64,000 nucleotides of DNA from contig NIVC01000461.1 in NCBI GenBank assembly GCA_002269645.1, forward strand, positions 372,001-436,000, read 5' to 3'. Shown in pieces: positions 1 to 13,862 of this stretch. The stretch comes from Macrostomum lignano. Lineage: Eukaryota. The notes under the pieces are model-generated. The model worked only from the letters and a program-made list of their open reading frames with translations. It did not search any database and was not told the DNA's origin. Every line of letters begins with the position of its first letter. The stretch's first letter is position 1. The position numbers and the translations under genes were made by a program.

Positions 1-1560
1 TCACCCCATGACGTGACTGACCTCAGCCAAGCAAATCTGTCGGTCTATTAGTATTGAAATATCGGCAACACTCCTTACTATCCCTTCACCCCATGACGTG
101 ACTGACCTCAGCCAATCAAATCTGTCGGTCTATTAGTATTGAAATATCGGCAACACTCCTTACTATCCCTTCACCCATGACGTGACTGACCTCAGCCAAT
201 CAAATCTGTCGGTCTATTAGTATTGAAATATCGGCAACACTCCTTACTATCCCTTCACCCCATGACGTGACTGACCTCAGCCAATCAAATCTGTCGGTCT
301 ATTAGTATTGAAATATCGGCAACACTCCTTACTATCCCTTCACCCCATGACGTGACTGACCTCAGCCAATCAAATCTGTCGGTCTATTAGTATTGAAATA
401 TCGGCAACACTCCTTACTATCCCTTCACCCCATGACGTGACTGACCTCAGCCAAGCAAATCTGTCGGTCTATTAGTATTGAAATATCGGCAACACTCCTT
501 ACTATCCCTTCACCCCATGACGTGACTGACCTCAGCCAAGCAAATCTGTCGGTCTATTAGTATTGAAATATCGGCAACACTCCTTACTATCCCTTCACCC
601 CATGACGTGACTGACCTCAGCCAATCAAATCTGTCGGTCTATTAGTGTTGAAATATCGGCAACACTCCTTACTATCCATTCACCCCATGACGTGACTGAC
701 CTCAGCCAATCAAATCTGTCGGTCTATTAGTGTTGAAATATCGGCAACACTCCTTACTATCCCTTCACCCCATGACGTGACTGACCTCAGCCAATCAAAT
801 CTGTCGGTCTATTAGTATTGAAATATCGGCAACACTCCTTACTATCCCTTCACCCCATGACGTGACTGACCTCAGCCAATCAAATCTGTCGGTCTATTAG
901 TGTTGAAATATCGGCAACACTCCTTACTATCCCTTCACCCCATGACGTGACTGACCTCAGCCAATCAAATCTGTCGGTCTATTAGTATTGAAATATCGGC
1001 AACACTCCTTACTATCCCTTCACCCCATGACGTGACTGACCTCAGCCAATCAAATCTGTCGGTCTATTAGTATTGAAATATCGGCAACACTCCTTACTAT
1101 CCCTTCACCCCATGACGTGACTGACCTCAGCCAATCAAATCTGTCGGTCTATTAGTATTGAAATATCGGCAACACTCCTTACTATCCCTTCACCCCATGA
1201 CGTGACTGACCTCAGCCAATCAAATCTGTCGGTCTATTAGTATTGAAATATCGGCAACACTCCTTACTATCCTTCACCCCATGACGTGACTGACCTCAGC
1301 CAATCAAATCTGTCGGTCTATTAGTATTGAAATATCGGCAACACTCCTTACTATCCCTTCACCCCATGACGTGACTGACCTCAGCCAATCAAATCTGTCG
1401 GTCTATTAGTATTGAAATATCGGCAACACTCCTTACTACCCCTCCACCCCAGCACGTGACTGACCTCAGCCAATCAAATCTGTCGGTCTATTAGTATTAA
1501 AATATCGGCAACACTCCTTACTACCCCTCCACCTCATCACGTGACTGACCTCAGCCAATC
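1..1560. repeat. 85-bp tandem satellite, about 18 copies (truncated by window start)
   Basis: Unit tcaccccatgacgtgactgacctcagccaatcaaatctgtcggtctattagtattgaaatatcggcaacactccttactatccct recurs at 1, 86, ...; copies are near-identical and diverge in the last two. Confidence 0.97.
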
Positions 1561-2147
1561 AAATTATTTACTCAGTAATAAAATTACTTTATATTTTAGA
1601 TTGCAGTTCTTGTCTGAGTGATTCAGTCAGTTCAAACTAGCTCAGCCAGATAAAGCGCTATATGTATTGAATACATATTCGTTAGAATACTTCCATTGGA
1701 CTCTATTTTTATGTCATGGGAACATGCCGCATTGGAGCCTATAATTTTACTCGATATTTCGCACTTGCAACACTCTACGCTCATACTGTTGTATCATTGT
1801 CTTACTAAGAGTCTCGTGAGTGGTCGGTTAGAGTAACATTGAAATTCATCAGCGACTCAAATCTATTTAACTCAGTAAAAGCCCCTCGAATTTCTGTAAT
1901 CACACTTTTTTCAGCAGGTATCGTCAGCTTAACTTTCTGTTGTGAGTTGTGAGTTCTGTCATAATTAGTAAAAAAACAAATGACCGTTCTGCATCACCGG
2001 CTTGCAAACGTATGAATAACAACAGCAGTCAGTTCGATGTTTTATTCAATGTACTCGTAAAAATTTCTGCATTTTTTGTTTTTTTGTCTAATCTGAGAGT
2101 CAATTTCTAAACTATAATTTCTAAGTTTGTTTTTGGCTCACCCTGTC

Positions 2148-2566
2148 AATAGCACTCCTTCTGTCACTCTGTCTGACTCAATAGCACTCCTTCTGTCACT
2201 CTGTCTGACTCAATAGCACTCCTTCTGTCACTCTGTCTGACTCAATAGCACTCCTTCTGTCACTCTGTCTGACTCAATAGCACTCCTTCTGTCACTCTGT
2301 CTGACTCAATAGCACTCCTTCTGTCACTCTGTCTGACTCAATAGCACTCCTTCTGTCACTCTGTCTGACTCAATAGCACTCCTTCTGTCACTCTGTCTGA
2401 CTCAATAGCACTCCTTCTGTCACTCTGTCTGACTCAATAGCACTCCTTCTGTCACTCTGTCTGACTCAATAGCACTCCTTCTGTCACTCTGTCTGACTCA
2501 ATAGCACTCCTTCTGTCACTCTGTCTGACTCAATAGCACTCCTTCTGTCACTCTGTCTGACTCAGT
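2148..2566. repeat. 32-bp minisatellite, about 13 copies
   Basis: Unit aatagcactccttctgtcactctgtctgactc, essentially perfect. Confidence 0.96.
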
Positions 2567-3051
2567 AGCTACTAGTACTTAATGTTCCAGATATTTATCA
2601 CCATGTTGCTCATGCTCCAATACAGAAGAATAAGATACTCATATTTTCATGTCAGCGAGTCTTCAGACCCCTCAGATGGTGGCAAAAATTGCCAAGCCGA
2701 GCTTCTAAACCACTGGCTTTCAGGGGGGGGGGGGTTGAGTGCGGCCATCTCGCCCAACTGTTTGCTCAATGCGGAACTCGCCCTGACTGGTGGGGGCGGG
2801 GGGCAGATGGCGTCCAGTTTTTGTCTGGAAGAGAAAATTCAAACTGATGAAGCGTTGCAGCTGGATGCAGACAGCGGAATACGGCCAGCGCCCAGCCTCT
2901 CAGAACCCCCACAACTACCCCACTTCCGTTCAATTCTATTCGATTTCCGAGAAACATCGGCGCTTAAAATGCTTGCAAACACTGTTTCCGAGTGAATTTT
3001 CTGCTCCTAGCATGGCCTGCCCAGTCTCTTGTGGGCACTGGTACTCGTAAA

Positions 3052-3722
3052 CTCATGGGCTCACTCGTGAACTCACTCATAAACTCACTCATGGGCTCAC
3101 TCGTGAACTCACTCATAAACTCACTCATGAACTCACTCATGAACTCACTCATGAACTCACTCATGAACTCACTCATGAACTCACTCATGAACTCACTCAT
3201 GAGCTCACTCATGAACTCACCCATGAACTCACTCATGAACTCACTCATGAGCTCACTCATGAACTCACTCATGAACTCACTCATGAGCTCACTCATGAAC
3301 TCACTCATAAACTCACTCATGAGCTCACTCGTGAACTCACACATAAACTCACTCATGAACTCCTCATATACTCACCCATGAACTCGCTCATGAACTCGCT
3401 CATGAACTCACTCATGAACTCACTCATGAACTCACTCATGAACTCACTCATGAACTCACTCATGAGCTCACTCATGAACTCACCCATGAACTCACTCATG
3501 AACTCACTCATGAGCTCACTCATGAACTCACTCATGAACTCACTCATGAGCTCACTCATGAACTCACTCATAAACTCACTCATGAGCTCACTCGTGAACT
3601 CACACATAAACTCACTCATGAACTCCTCATATACTCACCCATGAACTCGCTCATGAACTCGCTCATGAACTCACTCATGAACTCACTCATGAACTCACTC
3701 ATGAACTCACTCATGAACTCAC
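3052..3722. repeat. 12-bp minisatellite with a 263-bp higher-order duplication
   Basis: Unit catgaactcact. The variant block ending tcctcatatactcaccc occurs at about 3361 and 3624, and the ORF-track translations ending 3356 and 3619 match. Confidence 0.95.
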
Positions 3723-4368
3723 TGATGACGCACAATTCAAACCGAAAATTTTTATTATTCCTGGTCACCTGTGTACTCATCACCTCACTCTCCAGCAATC
3801 TAACCATTTAGTTTCTGGCAGAAGTACTTTTATTGTTCAACATGGCCTACTGGCATTCAGATTGTCTGAACGTTTCTGTTTTTTTTCTCAGCTCTCACAC
3901 CGGCCGCGCCACACCGGCTCTGCGGGGGAGCCCATGGCAACAGCCAGCTAATTTGCCCTATTAACCGAACCAATGAAAGCCCTTGCAATCACTCTCAACC
4001 AGACCCATGTGGGTCGCATTGGTAATTGCAGCATTATGATGTCGCTGAAGTGTGGGATCTAAGCTACCAGTATAGACTGTACAGCTAGGCAAACTGTGTG
4101 CTAAGCCAGCTGCTGGTGGTCGCATCTTTAGCCGACAGTGAGAGCGTTGGAAGTGGGAAAAGAGATGCCTGCTTTGTTGGGAAACTCAACTAGAAAAAGT
4201 AGGCAAAAATGTGTTTCAAAAATTGAGTAGAAAAAATTTACGTGGATGCAATGAAAAAACATTCTGCATCGATGTGTTGAAATGCTGCAAGCCGTACTGT
4301 GAATTGTAACTGCATGAAATATTGTGGAATATCCACATCATAAATCAACTTTCAATTCCCTTTCTCAA

Positions 4369-5141
4369 CCCCAGATCCCTATCCCAGATCCCTATCCCAG
4401 ATCCCTATCCCAGATCCCTATCCCAGATCCCTATCCCAGATCCCTATCCCAGATCCCTATCCCAGATCCCTATCCCAGATCCCTATCCCAGATCCCTATC
4501 CCAGATCCCTATCCCAGATCCCTATCCCAGATCCCTATCCCAGATCCCTATCCCAGATCCCTATCCCAGATCCCTATCCCAGATCCCTATCCCAGATCCC
4601 TATCCCAGATCCCTATCCCAGATCCCTATCCCAGATCCCAATCCCAAATCCCAATCCCAGATCCCTATCCCAGATCCCTATCCCAGATCCCTATCTCAGA
4701 TCCCTATCCCAGATCCCTATCTCAGATCCCCATCCCAGATCCCTATCTCAGATCCCCATCCCAGATCCCTATCTCAGATCCCTATCCCAGATCCCTATCC
4801 CAGATCCCCATCCCAGATCCCTATCCCAGATCCCTATCCCAGATCCCTATCTCAGATCCCCATCCCAGATCCTATCTCAGATCCCCATCCCAGATCCCTA
4901 TCCCAGATCCCCATCCCAGATCCCTATCCCAGATCCCTATCCCAGATCCCTATCCCAGATCCCCATCCCAGATCCCTATCTCAGATCCCCATCCCAGATC
5001 CCTATCCCAGATCTCCATCCCAGATCTATTCCTAGACCCACATCCCAGATCCCCATCCCAGATCCCTATCCCAGATCCCCATCCCGGATCCACATCCCAG
5101 ATCCACATCCCAGATCCATTCCTAGATCCACATTCCAGATC
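4369..5141. repeat. 13-bp minisatellite (ccagatccctatc)n
   Basis: Directly visible. It generates the spurious PRSLSQIPIPDPY ORFs. Confidence 0.96.
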
Positions 5142-5574
5142 CCTGCTACGGTTGCAGCTTCAGCCTATCCCAGTCTATTAGATATCGAACTCACCCTTGA
5201 GCATAGCAAGATTCGTGAGCGTGACAGATCAAAACGGCCGGTTTCCTTTCAGCCTCGAGCCCGGCTAGCATAGAACATCGGGTAGTTACGGCGGCCTGCA
5301 CGAGAGCCCCTGGCAACGGCTGCTGTTCATGTCAGTTGCTTCCGGACTTGAAGGTCCGACATTTTCGGCCTCGGGGGATATTTTTATATCGCCAGTTGAT
5401 TGTGGGCCACGTCTCCAGAGTGATACCGATTTGCACTTTCCAGAGCATAAAAAAAGAAAGAGACTGGCTCTGAAACTCGAAAAGTTCTGAGCCTGTGTGG
5501 CCTCTGCAGCAAGATTGAAGTGCCTTCAGGTACAAGGGACCATGGACTGGGTCAGTCATGCAGCTTAGCACTCA

Positions 5575-5848
<274 letters not shown>

Positions 5849-6785
5849 AGTGAGATGAGAAGTGCATAAGCGGTGGAAGAGTGCCCAGCAAGAGCTGAAG
5901 AGAATGCATAGATAGAGCAGGGAAGGGCATCAGCTGGAGCCTGGGGGGGGGGGGGGCGACAAAAGCAGTGTGTTTTACAACCCATCATTTGTTTTCTCGC
6001 AGCCGATACCTAAAAGCAGAACGGAGTGAAGCGACGACAGAGAAGTATGATAAAAAGCCACAGATGGTTTTCGCTACGAAGAAGCAGTCACAGGGGGGAG
6101 TGAGACAGCTGAGATGGTCGATGGGGAAAGAGGGAAGATTATGTGGATAAGCCACTGATTATTTCCTGAGGGGAAGGTTGCACAAGCGCCACTGTGTATT
6201 TTTGATACACACATTGGCTCCGAAGCACCTTTGCACTGCTGGTGTAGACACGATTCGTAGCAGGCGCCTTAGCAGAATTCACTGAGTCACCGCTCCCCCC
6301 ATGAGAGTATTCACGGCCTATACAGAAGCTCCAGCGACCCGTGAGGAAGCTGCATTAGTTTAAAATTTTGGTTCGGCAAGATAAAAAAGCCAGAACGCAT
6401 TGAAAATAAACAGGTTAAAATTCATAATTGAATCGGAGAGAGAAAGAGAGAGAGCATATTTCAGTGAATTGTGAGTGGATGAGAGTTGAACCGATTGAAC
6501 TCATTGAACGGATCAGGAATCCAGTACTTCACAGGCTGTATGCAATAATTTGTTCCCAGTGGAATAGTAAGCAGTATATTCTAATCATATCCGCCAAACC
6601 TGTCCGATCCTAGCTCGTATTTCATGAATACAGCTTATAAAGATTTCTTAGATAGCTGAGGTTAACAAAAAACTATGCCTTAGGGCTGGACTATAAGAAG
6701 TTCAGGTAAGACACGGTAGAGCATTAGCTCATTAAATATTAATTATCCCGTTGTTTCGTCTGCATAAGAAACGTTTCAGGGCGGC

Positions 6786-9700
6786 ATGAGGTAAGCCAAC
6801 AATCCAGCATTAGCGTTCTAAAGTCCTTGGGCTCAGGCTGCAGGTGGAGACCAGTAATTATCATAATTTATTCAGCTCTTGAGACAGCTCGAGTCTGAGG
6901 CAATTAAAAGCGGCCGTCAGGTTCCCCTTCCCCCTGCTATTCAGAACTCCCCTCCTAGTTCTGTTTTGTGTTTTTTTTCAGGTGGGCTTTTAGTGTTGCA
7001 GCACTGGGACACGAGTTGGTGAGGATTTTTGCTGCATAAGTACAGCTTGAGACAGACAGGCCGGCTTCAACTGGAAGGCTCTGTTTTACCTGGGCCTCTT
7101 CTGCTCCATGTGCAATTATAGATACTAAAATGGGATACTTTCTATAAAATTACAATACAGCTCAGCATATCAGCTTCAGTACTGAACTCACTTCAGTACT
7201 CAACTCACTTCAGTGCTCAACTCACTTCAGTAATCAACTCACTTCAGTACTCAACTCTTCAGTACTCAACTCTCTTCAGTACTCAACTCTTCAGTACTCA
7301 ACTCACTTCAGTGCTCAACTCACTTCAGTAATCAACTCACTTCAGTACTCAACTCTTCAGTACTCAACTCTCTTCAGTACTCAACTCTTCAGTACTCAAC
7401 TCTTCAGTACTCAACTCTTCAGTACTCAACTCACTTCAGTACTCAACTCTTCAGTACTCAACTCTTCAGTACTCAACTCTTCAGTACTCAACTCTTCAGT
7501 ACTCAACTCTTCAGTACTCAACTCTTCAGTACTCAACTCTTCAGTACTCAACTCACTTCAGTACTCAACTCTTCAGTACTCAACTCTCTTCAGTACTCAA
7601 CTCTTCAGTACTCAACTCTTCAGTACTCAACTCACTTCAGTACTCAACTCTTCAGTACTCAACTCTTCAGTACTCAATTCTTCAGTACTCAACTCACTTC
7701 AGTACTCAATTCTTCAGTACTCAACTCACTTCAGTACTCAACTCTTCAGTACTCAATTCTTCAGTACTCAACTCACTTCAGTACTCAACTCTTCAGTACT
7801 CAACTCACTTCAGTACTCAACTCTCTTCAGTACTCAACTCACTTCAGTACTCAACTCTCTTCAGTACTCAACTCACTTCAGTACTCAACTCTCTTCAGTA
7901 CTCAACTCTTCAGTACTCAACTCTTCAGTACTCAACTCACTTCAGTACTCAACTCTTCAGTACTCAATTCTTCAGTACTCAACTCACTTCAGTACTCAAC
8001 TCTCTTCAGTACTCAACTCACTTCAGTACTCAACTCTCTTCAGTACTCAACTCACTTCAGTACTCAACTCTCTTCAGTACTCAACTCACTTCAGTACTCA
8101 ACTCTCTTCAGTACTCAACTCACTTCAGTACTCAACTCTCTTCAGTACTCAACTCACTTCAGTACTCAACTCTCTTCAGTACTCAAGGATTTTATCCGGA
8201 ACAGTTTTGAGAGCGAATATAGCACACAAGCCTGTCCCAAAGCAAGTTCTGCCAAGCCAGTGCAAACTACTCGTAAATTAACGACATGAGGCCAATGCCA
8301 GAACACGAGTTCCACCCCGATTGCTGGTCTGAGGGAGCCTGCATCTTCTCCATCATCTTTCACGCCCTCTCAAGCCTGTTCTGGCTTATGCAGGCGCATG
8401 GCCAACCTTCAGCCAGCAACTCTTTTTCGGGAAAAAGTCGGACAGGGAAAAGTGTAGGGAGAGATGAGTGAATTGTGTTTCCTTGCGGTTTGCATTGGAA
8501 CTTTTTTCATTCTTTGCGCGTGTGACGGAGAGCGCAATATAGGAATATATATTATAATTGAGCCCTCTCTGTCACTTCAACAGCAGTGCGGACACCTGCT
8601 GCAGCTGCGAGGGTTAAGTCCCTGGTGCAGGCGCCCCTGGTGCTGGCGCCCCTGGTGCTGGCGCCCCTGGTGCTGGCGCCCCTGGTGCTGGCGCCCCTGG
8701 TGCTGGCGCCCCTGGTGCTGGCGCCCCTGGTGCTGGCGCCCCTGGTGCTGGCGCCCCTGGTGCTGGCGCCCCTGGTGCTGGCGCCCCTGGTGCTGGCGCC
8801 CCTGGTGCTGGCACCCCTGGTGCTGGCGCCCCTGGTGCTGGCGCCCCTGGTGCTGGCGCCCCTGGTGCTGGCACCCCTGGTGCTGGCGCCCCTGGTGCTG
8901 GCGCCCCTGGTGCTGGCGCCCCTGGTGCTGGCGCCCCTGGTGCTGGCGCCCCTGGTGCTGGCGCCCCTGGTGCTGGCGCCCCTGGTGCTGGCGCCCCTGG
9001 TGCTGGCGCCCCAGTTTTCAATGCTATTTTACTGCACTTTATTCTCCGTTTCTCTGTATGAAATCCTTCGTGTGCCAGCTGAGCACATCGTGAAAGACAA
9101 AGCGATCTTGTTTTGCATAGCTGCATAATTTCTCAACTGGACCGTGTCAGCGCGCGCTGAGCTCCAGAACTAACAGGGGGAAGCCATAAAATACTATCAT
9201 TATTCTACTGGCCACAAAATGCTACTATTAGTAATAAAAACAAACAGAGATTTAGGTATAAAAGAAATAAATATTCCTATTGCGCGGCGCCCGTGGCAAC
9301 ATCGTCCCACAACCAGCAGATATTGTACGCAATCGCGTTCACACAGGGTGCACAGCTGCCCTTCGCCGCGCACGGAATCGAACCACAGGGATCGTGGCTC
9401 CACTTTTCTCTGGAAAAATATCTGGGCGCTCATATTGAGAATTTGAGCATAGGACATTTAGCTTGTAAAAAAGGCGAAAGAAAAAATATACGTCAGACTC
9501 CGAGAGAGTACGCAGTACAGTGTAAACAATCTCTAGGTAAACGGCCGTATTGTGCCATTGCTCAAGCAGAGACAGGTTAGAGAGATGGAGCAGCACAGAG
9601 TCCAATGAGATTTCTTTAAGCCCATATTTGCTATGCTTTACTTAACCCAACACACCATATTCAGCATGCTGAGAGTACAGATGAGTGGCGCAGGCTCTCG

Positions 9701-11656
9701 GGGGTATATGACACTGGCTCAATTGCTCTGAGCTCATCCACTAAGCCTGTTGCTACCGAGTTAGTTTCTATCCATCCAAACCAGCTGAGTCTGCCTTCTC
9801 TGAGCATGGAGATTTGGGCGTAAGTTTAAAATTTATATCTCTGCTACTCGTATGAGTACTTTCATTAGAGAAATCGTTTGCGGAAATTTGATGGAGACGT
9901 GCTAGTCATGCTAGAAGCAGGAGTGACCTAGACGGTTACCTATAGTCATGCTGGATAGGAAACAGGAGGGACCTAGATGGTTACCTACAGTCATGCTGGA
10001 TAGGAAACAGGAGGGACCTAGATGGTTACCTACAGTCATGCTGGATAGGAAACAGGAGTGACCTAGACGGTTAACTATAGTCATTTTGGATAGGAAACAG
10101 GAGGGACCTAGACGGTTAACTATAGTCATTTTGGATAGGAAACAGGAGGGACCTAGACGGTTAACTATAGTCATTTTGGATAGGAAACAGGAGGGACCTA
10201 GACGGTTAACTATAGTCATTTTGGATAGGAAACAGGAGGGACCTAGACGGTTAACTATAGTCATTTTGGATAGGAAACAGGAGGAACCTAGACGGTTAAC
10301 TATAGTCATTTTGGATAGGAAACAGGAGGGACCTAGACGGTGACCTATAGTCATGCTGGATACGAAACAGGAGTGACCTAGACGGTGACCTCTATCTATA
10401 GTCTTGTTGGATGGGAAAAGGAGAGACTTAGATGGTGACCTATAGTCATGCTGGAGTGAAAGCAGGAGTGACCATTATAAGACGTCTATAGGTTAAGAAT
10501 TAAAGGTCGGAATGACCTTGACTGAGATCTGTGGAGTGAAAATTTCTGAGACTCATATCAGGCGTCAAGTGCATAATTTGCAATAAGTACAATATTTACC
10601 TTTATGAGTGCAATCAATCGCTCCCATGTGTCAACTCCCAAACCCGCTGGCACCCAGCATCGCGGTCATAGTGGTTGGCTCTGTGTTCGGCTTACCTCTG
10701 CTGTTCGTTCTGGTCATGGGGGTGATCGCATGTTGCATCGGCTGCGTCGAGTGCAAGAAGGCGTTCTGCGGAGGCGGGAAGCCTCAAAACAGGCGGCGAG
10801 GCGCCGTGGCGCCAACGGGTAAGCGGCCTAGAATATTTAGCCAATTATAGCGATAAGAGACCGATTTAGATAAGAAAACAGTTAGCCAAGCTACCCAATT
10901 TCTATTGGTCGTAATTACAGCCAATCAGCGATAAGAGTGATATATAAGAGAGAATAAAAGTATTCCAAGCACCCAATTTCTATTGCTCTGGTCGTAATTA
11001 CAGCCAATCAGCGATGAGAGTGATATATACTGGTAAGAGAGAATAAAAGTATTCCAAGCACCCAATTTCTATTGCTCTGGTCGTAATTACAGCCAATCAG
11101 CGATGAGAGTGATATATACTGGTAAGAGAGAATAAAAGTATTCCAAGCACCCAATTTCTATTGCTCTGGTCGGAATTACAGCCAATCAGCGATAAGAGTG
11201 ATATATAAGAGAGAATAAAAGTATTCCAAGCACCCAATTTCTATTGCTCTGGTCGAAATTACAGCCAATCAGCGATGAGAGTGATAAATAAGAGAGAATA
11301 AAAGTATTCTAAGCACCCAATTTCTATTGGTCGGAATTACAGCAAATCAGCAGCGATGAGAGAATGGAAGAAAATGTATGCTGTATATTAAAGGTAACCA
11401 ATAATATTCAGTTAGACAAATCAATAGCCAATCAGAACGAAGAATCGCTGTTTCCTCTGCAAAAATCATTCTAGGCCAGTTTGCCATGCAGCCGCCGAGC
11501 TACTCGGAGTCTAACCCACAGCGCCAGCGCGGCCCCTACCCGCAGGCGCCTACCGCCGACTTCATGATGTCGAACACGGCGTATCCGCCGCCGCCGCCAT
11601 ACGAGCCTCCGACCTCCGGTCAAGGCGCAACGGCTACAGAGCAACCGCGTTACTAA
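6786..11656 (+). CDS. Small type-I membrane protein with a Cys-rich ectodomain and cytoplasmic PPxY motifs (Shisa/WBP1/VOPP1-like architecture)
   Basis: Well-supported exons: 10609-10818 (TM segment IAVIVVGSVFGLPLLFVLVMGVIACCIGC, donor gtaagc) and 11475-11656 (QPPSYSE...YPPPPPYEPP...PRY*, AATAAA shortly after the stop). Tentative phase-consistent upstream exons 6786-6790, 6982-7018, 8223-8272, 8584-8612 and 9537-9575 give MRWAFSVAALGHELHTSLSQSKFCQASANYSSADTCCSCEGKRPYCAIAQAET; total 552 nt = 183 aa. The 5' model is inference. Confidence 0.6.
7165..8185. repeat. 16/18-bp minisatellite (cttcagtactcaact[ca/ct])n
   Basis: Directly visible; fills a predicted intron. Confidence 0.96.
8631..9012. 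repeat. 15-bp GC-rich minisatellite (cccctggtgctggcg)n, about 25 copies
   Basis: Near-perfect array starting about 20 bp after a predicted donor. It generates the CWRPW/VLAPL/GAPAP ORFs. Confidence 0.96.
9905..10460. repeat. 45-bp minisatellite, about 12 copies
   Basis: Unit atagtcattttggataggaaacaggagggacctagacggttaact. Confidence 0.95.
10890..11370. repeat. 82-89-bp intronic tandem repeat containing CCAAT, about 5-6 copies
   Basis: agaataaaag recurs at about 10951, 11040, 11129, 11212 and 11294; each unit contains cagccaatcagc. Confidence 0.9.
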
Positions 11657-12014
11657 TGGGATGTTAAATAAAACTCGACTGCTCTCTTTAATCCAACAGA
11701 TTTGTCCTGAAAACTATTTTTCACAGAATTTTTCCAAGCAGGGCAGTCATACCCGTTCCGCTGATCCCCGAGCATGCACACGGATCATTAATATTGTTAG
11801 CTTCTGAATGCTCAAAAGCGGATATTTTAGAATCCGGTTACTTACAGCAATCAATGCTTTCTGTACAAATTTCGGCAATCTTAAAACCGCCTGGCTACTT
11901 TTAGTAGTCAAGAATCTAAATTTATCGATAAATTGTATCAATAAGTTATATATTAATAATAGATGACACTATTGACTTCCAAATAGATCATTTCAGAATG
12001 AGAAGACACACTTG

Positions 12015-12352
12015 TGAATACACAAGTGTGACACAACGCTGTGATACACAAGTGTGACACAATGCTGTGATACACAAGTGTGACACAACGCTGTGATACA
12101 CAAGTGTGACACAATGCTGTGATACACAAGTGTGACACAATGCTGTGATACACAAGTGTGACACAATGCTGTGATACACAAGTGTGACACAATGCTGTGA
12201 TACACAAGTGTGACACAATGCTGTGATACACAAGTGTGACACAATGCTGTGATACACAAGTGTGACACAATGCTGTGATACACAAGTGTGACACAATGCC
12301 ATGATACACAAGTGTGACACAATGCTGTGATACACAAATGTGACACAATGCT
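12015..12352. repeat. 26-bp minisatellite (tgtgacacaatgctgtgatacacaag)n
   Basis: Directly visible, about 13 copies. Confidence 0.95.
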
Positions 12353-13818
12353 GTAGATGAGTTGAAATTGAACATATATTCAAAATTTTCTCCATCTGTT
12401 TTTCCAAAATATTAGCATTTTGCATTAAAAATTTTGCATTCCTACTACTAGTAAGCGTGTGAAGATATTTTCATTCTCTTGGATCGGAAAATGCCAGACT
12501 GTAGCCAAATATTTCAATACTATAGAAGAGTATGGAGACTCCGACAGCACAAAAAAAGTGTGTTCGAGCTTCGAGTCCAGAGGAAAAGCAGGGATGAGGC
12601 GCAATGAGGCGCGCCGGGAGCCTGGGATACTCCCGAATAGGATTCTCCGAGCTTTGGGGGGGGGGAGCTTGCGGGTGTTAACTGGCCATCAATAACAGAG
12701 CGCTTTGCATAGCAAATGAGGGCCCCGGCCTGAGCTCCGGTCCTGGGGGGTTTTGTTGCCGGACCTCAAGTCGTCTGTCGGGTCTGCTCGGAGACGGAAG
12801 GAATCCCGGGAAGTCAGAGGGTTGAGGGCAGCAGCAGCAAAGGCATCGGCGAAGCATTTGCAATTTAAATTTACGACACATCTCTCCTCCCCTGAGCGAG
12901 CGGCGGCGGCGGCCGCTGCGGCACACACAACACACGCGCGCGCGCAACACACCGATTTTGGCATTCGCGAAACTGTTGAACAGATTGCCGCGGGCTCTGT
13001 TTGACAAATGCCCAAGGTGGCCCAGCATCTCCCATGAGCTCAGGGCGCAGAATATTTCCCTCCTCTATTCTATCTCTCCGCGATCGCCGCTACCCCCCCC
13101 CCCCCACGGGAGAGGCCGGGGGTCACAGCGCTGGGGATTTGGGCTGAGCCGAGTTTTGTGCGACTGGGGAAATGGGATTTCTCGGGGATAAGATGGGATA
13201 GATTACCAGGGGGGGGACAGTCGGGTTAGACGTTGGGGATGGAGAAATTGAGAGAGGGAAAAAAGCTGAACAGTCATGATGGGATAACAACGTCCAGGAT
13301 TTATCCTCCTTCTCAGCGCGCTTGCTGGAATTTCTTCCGAATCCCCCTTTTTCTGTCTGTCTGTCTGTCTGTCTAAATACGAAAAATAAAGCAGCCAGTG
13401 GTGCCGGCTGTGCCCTCCATCTCCTATCTCAGATCCCCAGCTCCAGCTCCCTTGGCCGGCGCTAAGAGTTTGCGGTGCCCCCCCCCCCCCAAGGCGAAGG
13501 CCTGATCGAAATTGGCACTTTGGCTCATTCTCCATGGGAGGCCCATACAGAATCTTCTAGCGTGTCCCCGCCCCAGCCGCCGCCTGACTTTTCATCAGCT
13601 CCGCTCCTAACTCAATCACCTGCTGCCCCGTCGCGCCACTGCGGCCTCCCGCCCAGCTTCCTGATGCAATTATTTCCCGATAACACCCGGAGGGCGGCCG
13701 GCAATCTTCTAATTATCCGCAAATCTGTCTGAGCAGCGCTGGCAGGATTTCGACTCCCAATTTCTGGATCTTCTGCGGCGCCGCCTTCCACCCTCTTAAC
13801 ACCCTGGTGACTTGATTT

Positions 13819-13862
<44 letters not shown>

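Noticed and set aside
2582-4025. ORF 2582-2995 and a possible Cys-containing exon at about 3892-4021
   Set aside because: Splice-like signals exist, but there is no recognisable domain and no model I can support.
2964-5181. Repetitive ORFs (MSEF, MNSL, PRSLSQIPIPDPY)
   Set aside because: These are stop-free frames of 12- and 13-bp arrays, with no domain or splice support.
8464-9128. (CWRPW)n / (VLAPL)n / (GAPAP)n ORFs resembling structural proteins
   Set aside because: The 15-bp array is open in several frames on both strands, has almost no synonymous variation, and sits in a predicted intron.
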